Source: a virus. Taken from it: 64,000 bases of DNA. Under the pieces are notes generated by a model. That model saw nothing but the letters and a program-made list of their open reading frames with translations. It was not told the DNA's origin and made no database searches. Shown one piece after another: positions 46,352 through 56,110 of this stretch (positions are counted from its first letter, which is position 1; every line of letters begins with the position of its first letter). The DNA lies in the IMG/VR virus record IMGVR_UViG_3300020186_000001, positions 32,001 to 96,000 of that record; one strand, given 5' to 3'. A program made the position numbers and the translations under genes.

Positions 46352-49300
46352 GTTTCGTAAATCTCCATGCACACTCCGAGGCTTCAATAGCTGATGGTTT
46401 ATTCCATCCAAAGAAGTGGGTTGAGGCTTTAAAGCAACGTGGCTTTGTAGGTCATGCGATGACGGATCACGGGAGCATGGCATCTCTTCTTGCGTTTTAC
46501 AAACTCATGAAGGCTGAGAAGATGATTCCGATCCTTGGGGTTGAGTTTTATTTTGTCCCAGATCCTTCAGAGAGAACTGCGGATAACCGCAAAAACTCTC
46601 ACTTAATACTTCTTGCCAAGGACTACGAGGGATTCCGCAATCTTTGTCGGCTATCAAAGCTTAGTTACACTGAGGGCTACTACTACAAGCCAAGGATTGG
46701 CTACGAGTGGCTGGCCAAGTATAGCGAAGGGCTAATCTGTCTAACAGCGTGTCAGGGCGGGGTTCTCTCCAACGAGGTATGGTCTGAGCTAAAGGGCAGG
46801 AAGCACGATCTTGTCGGCACCTTCCATAAGCTCAAAGCAATCTTCAACGATGATCTCTACGTTGAATTCCAGGGACACAACACGATCTCCAAGAACGATG
46901 ATGGGGAGCTTTTCAATTCGCAGGCACTTATCAATCTTTCCTTTTACGAGACGCTTAGAAATGAGATTGGGTTTAAGCAGATTGTGACCAACGATTGTCA
47001 CTACATTCTTCCAGAACACGCTCAGATCCAGCAGACTCTTAAGAACATTTCTTGGGGCAGTGCGGCTGGCGGAGCGAGTGATAGTGCGACTGTGACAAAA
47101 GATCACTTCACCGATTCGCTGTGGCTGAAGAGTGCGGTGCAGGTTTACTCTTCTTTTAGAGAGCATCATGAGTATCTTCCAAAACAGTTCGTGGCTGATG
47201 GAATGAGAAGAACGACTGAGGTTTTAGAGAAGTGTAAAGACTTTGAAATGCCAAAAGACAAGAGGTATCTTCCACAGTTTCGTTCTGTTGGTGGAGCTAC
47301 TTCGAGCGAGTTGTTTAAGAGGATTTGTTTCAAAAAGCTTGATGATTTTCTTAAATCAGATCTTATGAGAACCGACAAAGAAACATACATTCAGCGATTC
47401 AAAAAAGAATACAAAGTAATCACCAAATACCATCTTGAGGACTACTTTTTAATCGTTTGGGATGTCGTCAGGTTCGCCAAGAGAAGCGGCATCGTCACAG
47501 GGCTAGGTAGGGGGTGCCTTCATCCTGACGTGAACGTCTTAACAGCCGATGGATTTAAGGCGATTTCGAAGATTGAAACCGATGATTTGGTTGTGAACAG
47601 AGGCGGTGAGTTTAAAAGAGTAGAGGCTGTTCACAAGTACAAACATAAGGGGAGGATGATACGCGTCAAAAGCAGATTCGGTCTTACATCCGGCAACGCT
47701 TTCACGCCTGATCATAAAATTCTGGCAATTGAGACAAAAAAGAATAGCAACGACACTTATATAGATATTTCAGAACCAAAATGGATCAGGGCTGATGAGG
47801 TTAGGCGAGGGCATCGCGTCTTCACGCCAAACCTTGAGAGTCGAATGGACAACAAAGAGTTGTCAGACGACATTTTGTGGCTCCTTGGATATTGGGCGGG
47901 GGACGGCTGGCTTTGCGAGCATAAGAGAGTGGTACGCAGTAATGGATGGAGAAGTTCTACCGGATTCCGTCTTGGCTTTGCTTTTAATAATACTTCTAAG
48001 AAAGACTTCCTTGATAAGGCACGCGGCATCCTTGAGTCTCTTGGTTTGAATCCGAGAGTTTGCAGATCGAAGAAGAAGAATTTGGTTCAAGTGAACGTGA
48101 ATGACAAGACGTTTTACAATAGGATTTCTAGTTACTTTCCAGATTACGAGATTTCTAGTCAGACGAAAACTTTGCCGATATTTTTTAGAGAATTGAGCGA
48201 GAGACAGGCGAAAATACTTCTTTCCGGTTTAATAGATTCTGACGGGAGTGTTAGGGGTAAAACGACCATCTGCACAACCTCTCCTCGACTTGCTTATGAG
48301 ACTAAAGAGCTATGTTTGATGTCTGGGATTCTTTCTTCAATCCGCCATGAGAGCAAGAGAATTGATAAAAGGGGTTACAATCCGAGTGCCGCATATTATT
48401 TGATACTTGACAAGGCAGAGTCATCAACAGTCAAAAAAGACAAAAATGGTTCATGGTCTTTGGTCATTGACACAGAGACGGAAGACTATGAGGGGGATGT
48501 CTACGATCTATCCGTTTCTGGCAAAGAGCATAATTTTTTAACTGACAGCTTCCTTGTTCACAATTCAGCAGCAGGGTGCTTCATAAGTTATTTGTTGGAT
48601 ATCGTAAAAATTGATCCACTTGAGCACAAGCTTATCTTTGAGCGGTTTCTCAATGAGAATCGCTGTGAGACTGGCGAGCTTCCTGATATCGATCTCGATT
48701 TCGAGTCAGATCGAAGAAGAGAGATCAAAGACTACATTTATAAAACGTATGGCCATGACCGTGTGTGCGAGATTGGAACGTATGGGCGAATGAAGCTCAA
48801 GACGGCTCTCATAGACTTTGCAAAGAGCATGGGTGTTGCGACACAGCGAGAGATTCACGCTATCACAACCAATCTTGATCTTGACAAGGAGGACGTGGAC
48901 GATCTCGTTGCGGCGTCTGAATCCGATCCGAGGCTCAAGATGCTTCTTGCTAATGAGAAGTTTGGGTTTGCGGTCAGTGAGATCATAGGCCAAGTCAAAA
49001 GCCAGGGAGTGCATCCGGCTGGTGTGATCATATGTTCCGAACCAATCGCAGAGATTACTCCAATCAAGACTCAGAAGAAGAACTTTAAGCCAGGGGAAAT
49101 ACCAGAAGGTGTTAAGAAGAAGGATGCGGAGCAGCGTGTCATAACGACTCAATCAGAGGATAAATACATCATCGCCCAGGGCATGATGAAAGCTGACATT
49201 CTAGGGGTCAAAGAATACGATGTGATTCGATATGTGATTGAGAACATTGATAGCGATCTCACCATTGATAATTACGTTCATGTGATTATGCAAAAAGAAC

Positions 49301-50625
49301 GCGATAAGCCAAACAAGGTTGTTTGGAAGATGTTTCAGGAGGGCAGGACGGAGGGTGTGTTTCAGTTTTCAAGTGACGGCATGAGGGCACTTCTAGTGAT
49401 GATGCGTCCAACTCACATCGGAGATTTGACGGCTGCGAATGCTCTTTACCGTCCAGGTTGTCTTGAAAACGGCTGGCACATTCAATACTGCAAAAGGAAA
49501 CACGGAGAAGAGGAAGTCCTGTTTGTGCATCCGAGTGTTGAAGAAGCATTGGGCGATACATTTGGCGTGATTGTTTTCCAGGAGCAGTTCATGGAGGTGA
49601 TCCACAAGTTGGGAGATGTCTCTCTTGTGGATGCAGATACAATTCGTTCTGCTTTGGGAAAGAAAGACAAAGACAAGCTCAACAAGTTTAAAGAAGAGTT
49701 CGTGGTTGGTGCTTCAAAACGTATAGGGAAACTTGATGCGATAATGCTTTGGGATCAGATTGAGAAGGCTTCAGGCTATTCGTTTAATAGATCTCACAGT
49801 GCGGCATATGCTGTGCTCGCATATATCTCTCAGTATCTGAAAACCTATTATCCGGCTCATTTCTGGGCGGCAAGGCTGGACTGGGATGTAAGGAAGAACG
49901 ATCTCGATGAGATGTTGGTTAATCGACGTGCGGCATCTGACATGGGCATTGAGTTCATTTTACCTCATGTGAATCGCTCCAGGGAGCGTTTCTATGTGGA
50001 TGGATCAGAGGTTGTGTGGTCTTTCCTTAGCGTCAAGGGTGTTGGACCAAAGGCGGCTAAAGCCATTGTTGAGAGCCAACCGTATGCGAATTTCGATGAC
50101 TTCTATGCGAGAGTAAATAAGAAGGCTGTTAAGAAGAACAATATTGAATTTCTCATATTTGGAGGAGCCTTTGATGAGTTTGGAGATAGAAGAGATCTCC
50201 TCCGGTGCCTTGAATCTAAGAAGAAAAGTAAGAAGGGATATGTTTCAAAGCCAGAAAAAGAATTGATGAGAGCCTTCTATGACTCCATGGGATTCTTTGA
50301 GCTTAAGATTAAAAAGGTAATGCCAGTTTTCTCTAAGTATTGCATCACGGAGAAAGAACTCCATGAATACACTGGCGGTGAATACGTTGTTGTAGGTGGA
50401 ATGATCACAGCGGTCAGATCCATCAAGACAAAGCGTGATGAGCATATGGGCTTTGTAACACTGATGGACTTGGATGAAATAATTGAAGTGACGATATTTC
50501 CGAAAGTGTGGGCAAAAGAACGAGAGATCCTTCGGATTGACAATATCGTTCAGATTTCTGGCAACAAGTCTACATACAATAATAAGAACAATCATATCGA
50601 AGCTCATAAAATAGAGTTGATGTAA
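46348..50625 (+). CDS. dnaE: DNA polymerase III alpha subunit, intein-containing
   Basis: PHP motifs (LHAHS, TDHG, TNDCHY), GRG/SAAG, PDIDLDF, HPAGV, YSFNRSH, C-terminal OB fold. Confidence 0.97.
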   Translation: MSFVNLHAHSEASIADGLFHPKKWVEALKQRGFVGHAMTDHGSMASLLAFYKLMKAEKMIPILGVEFYFVPDPSERTADNRKNSHLILLAKDYEGFRNLCRLSKLSYTEGYYYKPRIGYEWLAKYSEGLICLTACQGGVLSNEVWSELKGRKHDLVGTFHKLKAIFNDDLYVEFQGHNTISKNDDGELFNSQALINLSFYETLRNEIGFKQIVTNDCHYILPEHAQIQQTLKNISWGSAAGGASDSATVTKDHFTDSLWLKSAVQVYSSFREHHEYLPKQFVADGMRRTTEVLEKCKDFEMPKDKRYLPQFRSVGGATSSELFKRICFKKLDDFLKSDLMRTDKETYIQRFKKEYKVITKYHLEDYFLIVWDVVRFAKRSGIVTGLGRGCLHPDVNVLTADGFKAISKIETDDLVVNRGGEFKRVEAVHKYKHKGRMIRVKSRFGLTSGNAFTPDHKILAIETKKNSNDTYIDISEPKWIRADEVRRGHRVFTPNLESRMDNKELSDDILWLLGYWAGDGWLCEHKRVVRSNGWRSSTGFRLGFAFNNTSKKDFLDKARGILESLGLNPRVCRSKKKNLVQVNVNDKTFYNRISSYFPDYEISSQTKTLPIFFRELSERQAKILLSGLIDSDGSVRGKTTICTTSPRLAYETKELCLMSGILSSIRHESKRIDKRGYNPSAAYYLILDKAESSTVKKDKNGSWSLVIDTETEDYEGDVYDLSVSGKEHNFLTDSFLVHNSAAGCFISYLLDIVKIDPLEHKLIFERFLNENRCETGELPDIDLDFESDRRREIKDYIYKTYGHDRVCEIGTYGRMKLKTALIDFAKSMGVATQREIHAITTNLDLDKEDVDDLVAASESDPRLKMLLANEKFGFAVSEIIGQVKSQGVHPAGVIICSEPIAEITPIKTQKKNFKPGEIPEGVKKKDAEQRVITTQSEDKYIIAQGMMKADILGVKEYDVIRYVIENIDSDLTIDNYVHVIMQKERDKPNKVVWKMFQEGRTEGVFQFSSDGMRALLVMMRPTHIGDLTAANALYRPGCLENGWHIQYCKRKHGEEEVLFVHPSVEEALGDTFGVIVFQEQFMEVIHKLGDVSLVDADTIRSALGKKDKDKLNKFKEEFVVGASKRIGKLDAIMLWDQIEKASGYSFNRSHSAAYAVLAYISQYLKTYYPAHFWAARLDWDVRKNDLDEMLVNRRAASDMGIEFILPHVNRSRERFYVDGSEVVWSFLSVKGVGPKAAKAIVESQPYANFDDFYARVNKKAVKKNNIEFLIFGGAFDEFGDRRDLLRCLESKKKSKKGYVSKPEKELMRAFYDSMGFFELKIKKVMPVFSKYCITEKELHEYTGGEYVVVGGMITAVRSIKTKRDEHMGFVTLMDLDEIIEVTIFPKVWAKEREILRIDNIVQISGNKSTYNNKNNHIEAHKIELM
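47515..48564 (+). mobile_element. Contiguous intein (350 aa) with LAGLIDADG endonuclease
   Basis: GRG/CLHPDV...FTPDHKI...LLGYWAGDG...LSGLIDSDG...FLVHN/SAAG. Confidence 0.95.
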
Positions 50626-50631
50626 AAAATC

Positions 50632-50665
50632 TGTCAGCACTTTTGAATTCCATCCTTATAACAAG
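50632..50665 (+). promoter_or_regulatory. Second promoter-like motif, copy 2
   Basis: TGTCAGCACTTT-N9-TCCTTATAACAAG. Confidence 0.7.
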
Positions 50666-50680
50666 GCATGAGGATTCAAA

Positions 50681-51121
50681 ATGCGTGATCTTGTTTACGA
50701 AATAGCTGGACTGCTGCCTAAAACAGTAACTTTTGTCATAAGCAAAGCACTTAAGATCTCAGAGGACATGGACACAGAGGTCGATGAGGCCGCGTATTTG
50801 TTTGGCTTCTATGCTGTATTGGCTGAGAAGGCTGAGACTAAGCATCAAAAGTTGAAGTTTAATTTTGAGTCATGGCGAGCGAGGGCTGAGTCAAATGAGA
50901 ATATTACTCGTTCGACTGAGGGTAAAAAATCGCACACTGAGGCTCAAATGAAAGCTGTCATAATGTCTCAACCAAAGTTCCGTTTATACCAGAAAAAGTT
51001 AATTGAGGTGGATGAGCAGAGGCGTATTTTAAAAGTGATTTCCAAGGCTCTTGAGATGAAAAAGGATCTAGTTCAAACCAAGTCTTCAAACAGAAGAAAC
51101 GAATTAAAGGGAGGGCGGTAA
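50681..51121 (+). CDS. UvsY-like recombination mediator (tentative)
   Basis: 146 aa helical; TEAQMKAVI...ALEMKKDLV; near SSB and RecA. Confidence 0.55.
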   Translation: MRDLVYEIAGLLPKTVTFVISKALKISEDMDTEVDEAAYLFGFYAVLAEKAETKHQKLKFNFESWRARAESNENITRSTEGKKSHTEAQMKAVIMSQPKFRLYQKKLIEVDEQRRILKVISKALEMKKDLVQTKSSNRRNELKGGR

Positions 51122-51975
51122 TGGCTAAGAAGTCTGGTGCGGCAATGGCTATTGTTGGCGGGGAGAAGGGTGTAACTGATGTTTTAAAAGAGGCACAAAT
51201 CAACTTTGCATATATGCAGAGAAGTTGGTTTCTATTTGCAAAGTCCATTCATACGATCCATATGAGTAAGATCTATGAGAAGGCTGGTTTCACTTCTTTT
51301 AAAGAATATGTTGAAACGGATTTTCCAACACTGAGTTACTCGGTGATTGATAAGTTTGTTCATATTATAGAGAGCTGGGGTGAGGCTCTTGAGATGCGGA
51401 TTAATCGTGATGAGGAGTACAAGATTCCGGCGTATGAGGCTTGTTATAGTTTAATTGCGGCGGAGAAGAAGGCTGAGATTCCAAAAGAAGAGCTTTCGCG
51501 TATCAAGAAGGCAGTTTTGGATAATACGATTTCATATCATCGTCTCAGGGACTCTTTGCGTGAGCATATCGATTCAAAGAGGGCTTTAAGAAGCGATGCA
51601 AGCATTGATGTTGATGCGGTGGAAGAGGTTGAGAATCAATTGGCAGAAGAGCTTCGCAGCAGTGGCGAGCTTGATAGTTTTACCGATGGTTCTGAAGAGT
51701 TTGACTTGGACGATCCAGAGTCTCCTGATGAGGATGAGGACTTCGACTTTGATGAGGCTGAGGAAGAGGTTGAAGTTGAGAAGGCGAACATGAAGAGCGA
51801 TGTCAAGACTCTCGCGATGCACGTTGATTTTCTATTAGACAATTTGCCGTCTTATTGTGAGGCGGTAGGTGTGATTGATGAAGGGACAGTGGAATTGGCA
51901 GAGAAGTTGGAGAAGTTGATTGGTATTTTGGACAATTTTTTAGATCATCTTGATGAGATCGGGAAGGAAGACTAA
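51121..51975 (+). CDS. Hypothetical protein with acidic region
   Basis: 284 aa; GFTSFKEYVE motif; GGAGG RBS. Confidence 0.7.
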   Translation: MAKKSGAAMAIVGGEKGVTDVLKEAQINFAYMQRSWFLFAKSIHTIHMSKIYEKAGFTSFKEYVETDFPTLSYSVIDKFVHIIESWGEALEMRINRDEEYKIPAYEACYSLIAAEKKAEIPKEELSRIKKAVLDNTISYHRLRDSLREHIDSKRALRSDASIDVDAVEEVENQLAEELRSSGELDSFTDGSEEFDLDDPESPDEDEDFDFDEAEEEVEVEKANMKSDVKTLAMHVDFLLDNLPSYCEAVGVIDEGTVELAEKLEKLIGILDNFLDHLDEIGKED

Positions 51976-53009
51976 TGAGCAGTGCATTAATGAAGAAGTT
52001 GAAGGAGACGGCGAAGAAGGTCAAAGAAAAGGCTGAGAATCGTGAGTCCGATTTTGAAAAGATTGATTGGTTTAAGCCAGAGCTTGGAGAGAACTCGATT
52101 CGCTTCCTTCCTCATTGGAAGAAGCCGGATGACAGTCTGCCATGGGTTGAGTTGAGAATTCACTTTATTCCCAAGGTGTCAAATTCAGGAAAGCAGTTTG
52201 TGATTCCAGCACGATGTCTTTCTGATTTCGAAGAGGATTGTCCACTATGTGTGGCCTACGAGAAGCTGATGAATAGCGGTGACAAGGAGGGTGCAAAGCG
52301 TCTAAGGCCACAGACTAGATTTATTTACAATCTGTTGAACTATAAGGATCGAAAGGTTCAGCCATACATGTGCGGTCAACAGATTCATGTGCTTCTAGCC
52401 AGTTGGATCGGTGATGTTGATGGGAACCTTTTCGATATTGACAGCGGTTACGATTTCAAACTTGTCAAAAGTCAGAAGGCAGGGGTTCCGAAGATGGTCG
52501 GGACATCGTATGGGCTTAGACCATTGTTGAAGCCTTCTTCTATTCCAGAAAAGCTGAGAGTTCTTCTTGAGTCCATGCCAGATCTTAGCAAGATGTATGA
52601 CACCAAGGAGATTAAGGTGATGAATGAGTTCTTAGGAACAAAATCATCTGAAGATGAGGAGGAAGAGGAGGATGAACGACCTAGCCGGTCCTCGGTTGAG
52701 AGGGCCAAACTGGCATCTTCGAAGGCTCGTGCAAGAATGCCTGATGAAGATGATGAAGAGGAACAGGAAGCTCCAAGAAAGAAGGTAGCTAAAAAAGCTC
52801 CAGTTGAAGAGGATGAAGACGAACAGGAAGCTCCAAGAAAGAAGGTAGCTAAAAAAGCTCCAGTTGAAGAGGATGAAGACGAACAAGAGAATATGTTCAA
52901 GCCAAAGAAAAAGCCGTTTGCTGCAAAGAGTAAACCCGTTGAAGACGATGAAGATGAAGAAGTGGATGATGATGATCTTGAACAAGAGTTGAGAAAACTT
53001 GGGGTGTGA
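51975..53009 (+). CDS. Single-stranded DNA-binding protein (T4 gp32-like)
   Basis: GENSIRFLP, H...C...CPLC, GYDFKL, long acidic tail. Confidence 0.85.
   Translation: MSSALMKKLKETAKKVKEKAENRESDFEKIDWFKPELGENSIRFLPHWKKPDDSLPWVELRIHFIPKVSNSGKQFVIPARCLSDFEEDCPLCVAYEKLMNSGDKEGAKRLRPQTRFIYNLLNYKDRKVQPYMCGQQIHVLLASWIGDVDGNLFDIDSGYDFKLVKSQKAGVPKMVGTSYGLRPLLKPSSIPEKLRVLLESMPDLSKMYDTKEIKVMNEFLGTKSSEDEEEEEDERPSRSSVERAKLASSKARARMPDEDDEEEQEAPRKKVAKKAPVEEDEDEQEAPRKKVAKKAPVEEDEDEQENMFKPKKKPFAAKSKPVEDDEDEEVDDDDLEQELRKLGV
52761..52880 (+). repeat. Perfect 60-bp tandem duplication in SSB tail
   Basis: EQEAPRKKVAKKAPVEEDED x2, identical DNA. Confidence 0.95.
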
Positions 53010-53010
53010 G

Positions 53011-53232
53011 ATGGCAGAAGCGGATCGCGTCTCATACACGTTTGGTATGAAGTTGAATATGGGGAACTTTCAGTCTGTTGATTATCACATTTCTCATTCT
53101 AGTGATGTGATGGCTAATGAGACTCCTGCAAAAGCTCTAAAAAGGGTGGTGAAATTTGTTGAAGGCGAAAGTGAAAGAAAGCTCGCTGAGCTTGAAGAGA
53201 GTCTCGGAGTCAAGGTCAACCAGGAAAGCTAA
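53011..53232 (+). CDS. Hypothetical protein
   Basis: KLNMGNFQSVDY motif; common small phage protein pattern. Confidence 0.65.
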   Translation: MAEADRVSYTFGMKLNMGNFQSVDYHISHSSDVMANETPAKALKRVVKFVEGESERKLAELEESLGVKVNQES

Positions 53233-54196
53233 AGTTTTGGTTCCAGATGTGATTGATGCTTCGGTTGACATACCTGAAGACATTTTTGATGAGTTCGTAG
53301 CGTTTTCAAGGAGCCAGGGTGACAAGGATTTCATAATTCCTCGTGGTGTTGATGAGCCGCTTCTCCAAGTCAACACTTGGATCAGGTTGCCAAAGCCTTT
53401 CCAGGATTTGATTGGTGCTCCAGGCATCCCGTGTGGGCTTATTACGGAGGTTTACGGACCACCTGATAGTGGCAAGACAACTTTCTGTTTAGAGGCTTTA
53501 AAGAGGACGCAGGAGGCCGGTGGTATCGCGATGCTGGTGCTTACAGAGAGGAAGTTTGACTTGGCTCGTGCGGCGGCAGTTGGTGTGGATGTGAAGAAGC
53601 TTTACATCAAGAGGCCAAAAACAATTGAAGACGTGCGTGAGTATATCCATGAGTTGGCGACTACGGTTGCCAAGTTCAAGAAGATCAACAAGCGACCAGT
53701 TACAATCGTTTGGGACTCTGTGGCAGCTACTCCGTGTGCCAAGGAGCTTGATGAGAAGCGTGGGGATTTCGCAGCGGATCAAGCAGCGGCGATTACGGTT
53801 CTTCTAAGGAAAACCCAGGCCATGATTTGTGATCATAGCATTGCCTTTTTGATGATTAATCAGATCTCTACAAAGATGGGTGTGACGTTCGGCAAGAAGA
53901 CTCAATCTAAGGGTGGATTTGCTCCCAAGTTTTATAGTGCATTGCGTATTGAGTTTTCAAAGGCAGGGCGTTTGAGGGCGAAGACGGATAGCAAGGACTC
54001 TGATTTTTGTGCGATTAAGTCTGTAATAGAGGTTGAGAAGAATCACCTTGGGACACCGTTTGGAACAATGACTGTTTCTATAGATTACAAAGGATTTGTA
54101 TTCGATAGAGAGGTGGAAAGGAAGCCGGATGAATCAAGTGGAGAACTATCTGTTAAAAAGAAAAGCGGAGCTTCAGAAGGCGACTCAGAAGAATAG
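53156..54196 (+). CDS. recA: RecA/UvsX recombinase
   Basis: GIPCGLITEVYGPPDSGKTT, VWDSVAA, INQI, GGFAPKFYSALRI; start uncertain. Confidence 0.93.
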   Translation: MLKAKVKESSLSLKRVSESRSTRKAKVLVPDVIDASVDIPEDIFDEFVAFSRSQGDKDFIIPRGVDEPLLQVNTWIRLPKPFQDLIGAPGIPCGLITEVYGPPDSGKTTFCLEALKRTQEAGGIAMLVLTERKFDLARAAAVGVDVKKLYIKRPKTIEDVREYIHELATTVAKFKKINKRPVTIVWDSVAATPCAKELDEKRGDFAADQAAAITVLLRKTQAMICDHSIAFLMINQISTKMGVTFGKKTQSKGGFAPKFYSALRIEFSKAGRLRAKTDSKDSDFCAIKSVIEVEKNHLGTPFGTMTVSIDYKGFVFDREVERKPDESSGELSVKKKSGASEGDSEE

Positions 54197-54401
54197 TGTC
54201 TTTGCCCATGGTTATGATTATATCAGCGAGAACATCACTAAAAAGTACGCAGAAGTGGTCCCAGAGATGGTTCGCAGGGTTGAGATACTAGAGGTTCTTT
54301 TGTTTTCATTTATAGAGCACGCAGCGAATTTGGATTCACTAGATAAGATCGAGCAGCAGCTTGATGATCATCCAGACAAGGTTAGAAAGTATTTTCAATG
54401 A
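54129..54401 (+). CDS. Hypothetical protein
   Basis: About 90 aa, overlaps recA tail. Confidence 0.55.
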   Translation: MNQVENYLLKRKAELQKATQKNSVFAHGYDYISENITKKYAEVVPEMVRRVEILEVLLFSFIEHAANLDSLDKIEQQLDDHPDKVRKYFQ

Positions 54402-55432
54402 ATAGGTATTATCTTTTTTATTCTGATTTGCACTTAAGGCCGGAACGCCTCGCAGATGGCGAGAAGGTTCTAAAGATGGTTGGTCTGATTGCTTTGAAGT
54501 TGAGAGATAAGATCAAGCATGATGTCGTGATTGTTAATGGCGGGGATACCTTCAACACTCGCGGTCTGATTAGAACAAACTGTTTTGATGTGCTTTGTTC
54601 TCACTATCAGCAGTGGGCAAGTAAGGGCTTGAGACAGATCATTATTGTCGGCAATCATGATCAAGAGGACAAGGTTGGAGAGATACATCCAATGAAGGCG
54701 TTTGGATCATTTGGCAAGGATTGGGTTGTTGTTGATGAGCCTAAGATCGTGGATAGATTTGTATGCTTTCCATATATGAATATAGAGGTGGCTCGCAAAT
54801 TCATTTCGGCCAATATGCCAAAGCTGAAAGGTCACGATGCAATCGTTCATTGGGGAATTTGTGGTGCTAATCGTAACGACAGGTCTGTGGACACTGATGG
54901 TGTGCCTGTTGGAGTCTTGAAAGATTTTCGAACAGTGGTTTCAGGTCACTACCACTACAGGCATAAGTTTGAGAATGTTCAATACATCGGATCTCCAATG
55001 CAGCAGTCGCTGGCGGAGAAGGATCAGTTGAAGGGCGTGATTCTCTTTGATGCGGTAAAGAATACGTTCCAGTTTTTTGAGATCAAGGGGACTTCTAAAT
55101 ATCAGGACATCGAGGTGACGTGGGATGAGGGTGGTGAAATTGTTTTACCAAATGTTGAGGCGAGTGAGGGTGACTTTTGTCGTGTGAAAGTCATTGGTGA
55201 TTCCGATCTTTGTTCGAGCGTAACGAGGGAGTTCCTAAGAAGTAAATATCCTGGTTTGACATTGAATATTGAGCGTGATGTTAAGGATCGTCATTTCAGT
55301 CGGCTAAAGATAGAAGCAAGTGATGTGTCTGATGTTCAGTCGATAATCAACAGGTATGTGGATTTCGTTGATACTGAATTGGATCGCAAGAGGTTGCTTG
55401 ATTTCGGGAAGGAGTTGATCGGTGTCGTATAA
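54398..55432 (+). CDS. sbcD: SbcD/Mre11 (gp47-like) nuclease
   Basis: SDLH, GGDTF, VGNHD, SGHYH, YIGSPMQ. Confidence 0.92.
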   Translation: MNRYYLFYSDLHLRPERLADGEKVLKMVGLIALKLRDKIKHDVVIVNGGDTFNTRGLIRTNCFDVLCSHYQQWASKGLRQIIIVGNHDQEDKVGEIHPMKAFGSFGKDWVVVDEPKIVDRFVCFPYMNIEVARKFISANMPKLKGHDAIVHWGICGANRNDRSVDTDGVPVGVLKDFRTVVSGHYHYRHKFENVQYIGSPMQQSLAEKDQLKGVILFDAVKNTFQFFEIKGTSKYQDIEVTWDEGGEIVLPNVEASEGDFCRVKVIGDSDLCSSVTREFLRSKYPGLTLNIERDVKDRHFSRLKIEASDVSDVQSIINRYVDFVDTELDRKRLLDFGKELIGVV

Positions 55433-55781
55433 AGTTACAACAACGGGCAAGGCATCTCATAGGGCGGTCGATCTTGAATGTCCGAAGTGTCAGTATCCAG
55501 AGGAGCGTGTCCTTGATTGTCGCGAATTCGATTCTGTCGAGGATGCGTGGCTGGCTTCAGACGTTCTTTGTCCGAACTGCGAAGAGGCGGATCTTGAGAA
55601 GGTTTGGCGTAACGCTCCACTTGGCAAGGTTCACGATGAGGCTGGCGAGGTTTCAAGGATGAAGCAATCATTTAAAGAGCGTTTCATCAAGAAGGATGTG
55701 GACGATGTACGTCACAAACACGGCAAGCTCTACGATGACAGTATAAGGTCGGCAGCAGCACAGCGGATAAAGCCGGTATGA
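55422..55781 (+). CDS. Zn-ribbon protein (FmdB-like)
   Basis: ECPKC...LCPNC...LEKVW. Confidence 0.65.
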   Translation: MSYKVTTTGKASHRAVDLECPKCQYPEERVLDCREFDSVEDAWLASDVLCPNCEEADLEKVWRNAPLGKVHDEAGEVSRMKQSFKERFIKKDVDDVRHKHGKLYDDSIRSAAAQRIKPV

Positions 55782-56110
55782 GTTGGCTAGAGCAGTGGAT
55801 CAAAGAGCAGGTCGTTGACAACAGTGGCGTTATCCCAGAGTCCAGGTGGAACCAAAGAGAGGGTGCGTTTTATCTAAACTCTCCGGCAGGTCTCATTAGA
55901 TTTAAACCGAAGACCGACAGAGATTTATCCAAGTTTCGAGACAGGTATATAAATCGCTTTGAGGTGCTTAAGGGTCTCGAAGGTAGCAAGATGATCGAGG
56001 GCTACTTTCTTCTTTATGATGAGATAAGAGCGTGTGAGCGTGTCAAGTACAGGGCGAATGTTCGTACAAGATTGAAGGCTAGAGTATGCAATTTAAATCC
56101 ATTCATTTAA
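55778..56110 (+). CDS. Hypothetical protein
   Basis: 110 aa; coupled. Confidence 0.6.
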   Translation: MSWLEQWIKEQVVDNSGVIPESRWNQREGAFYLNSPAGLIRFKPKTDRDLSKFRDRYINRFEVLKGLEGSKMIEGYFLLYDEIRACERVKYRANVRTRLKARVCNLNPFI

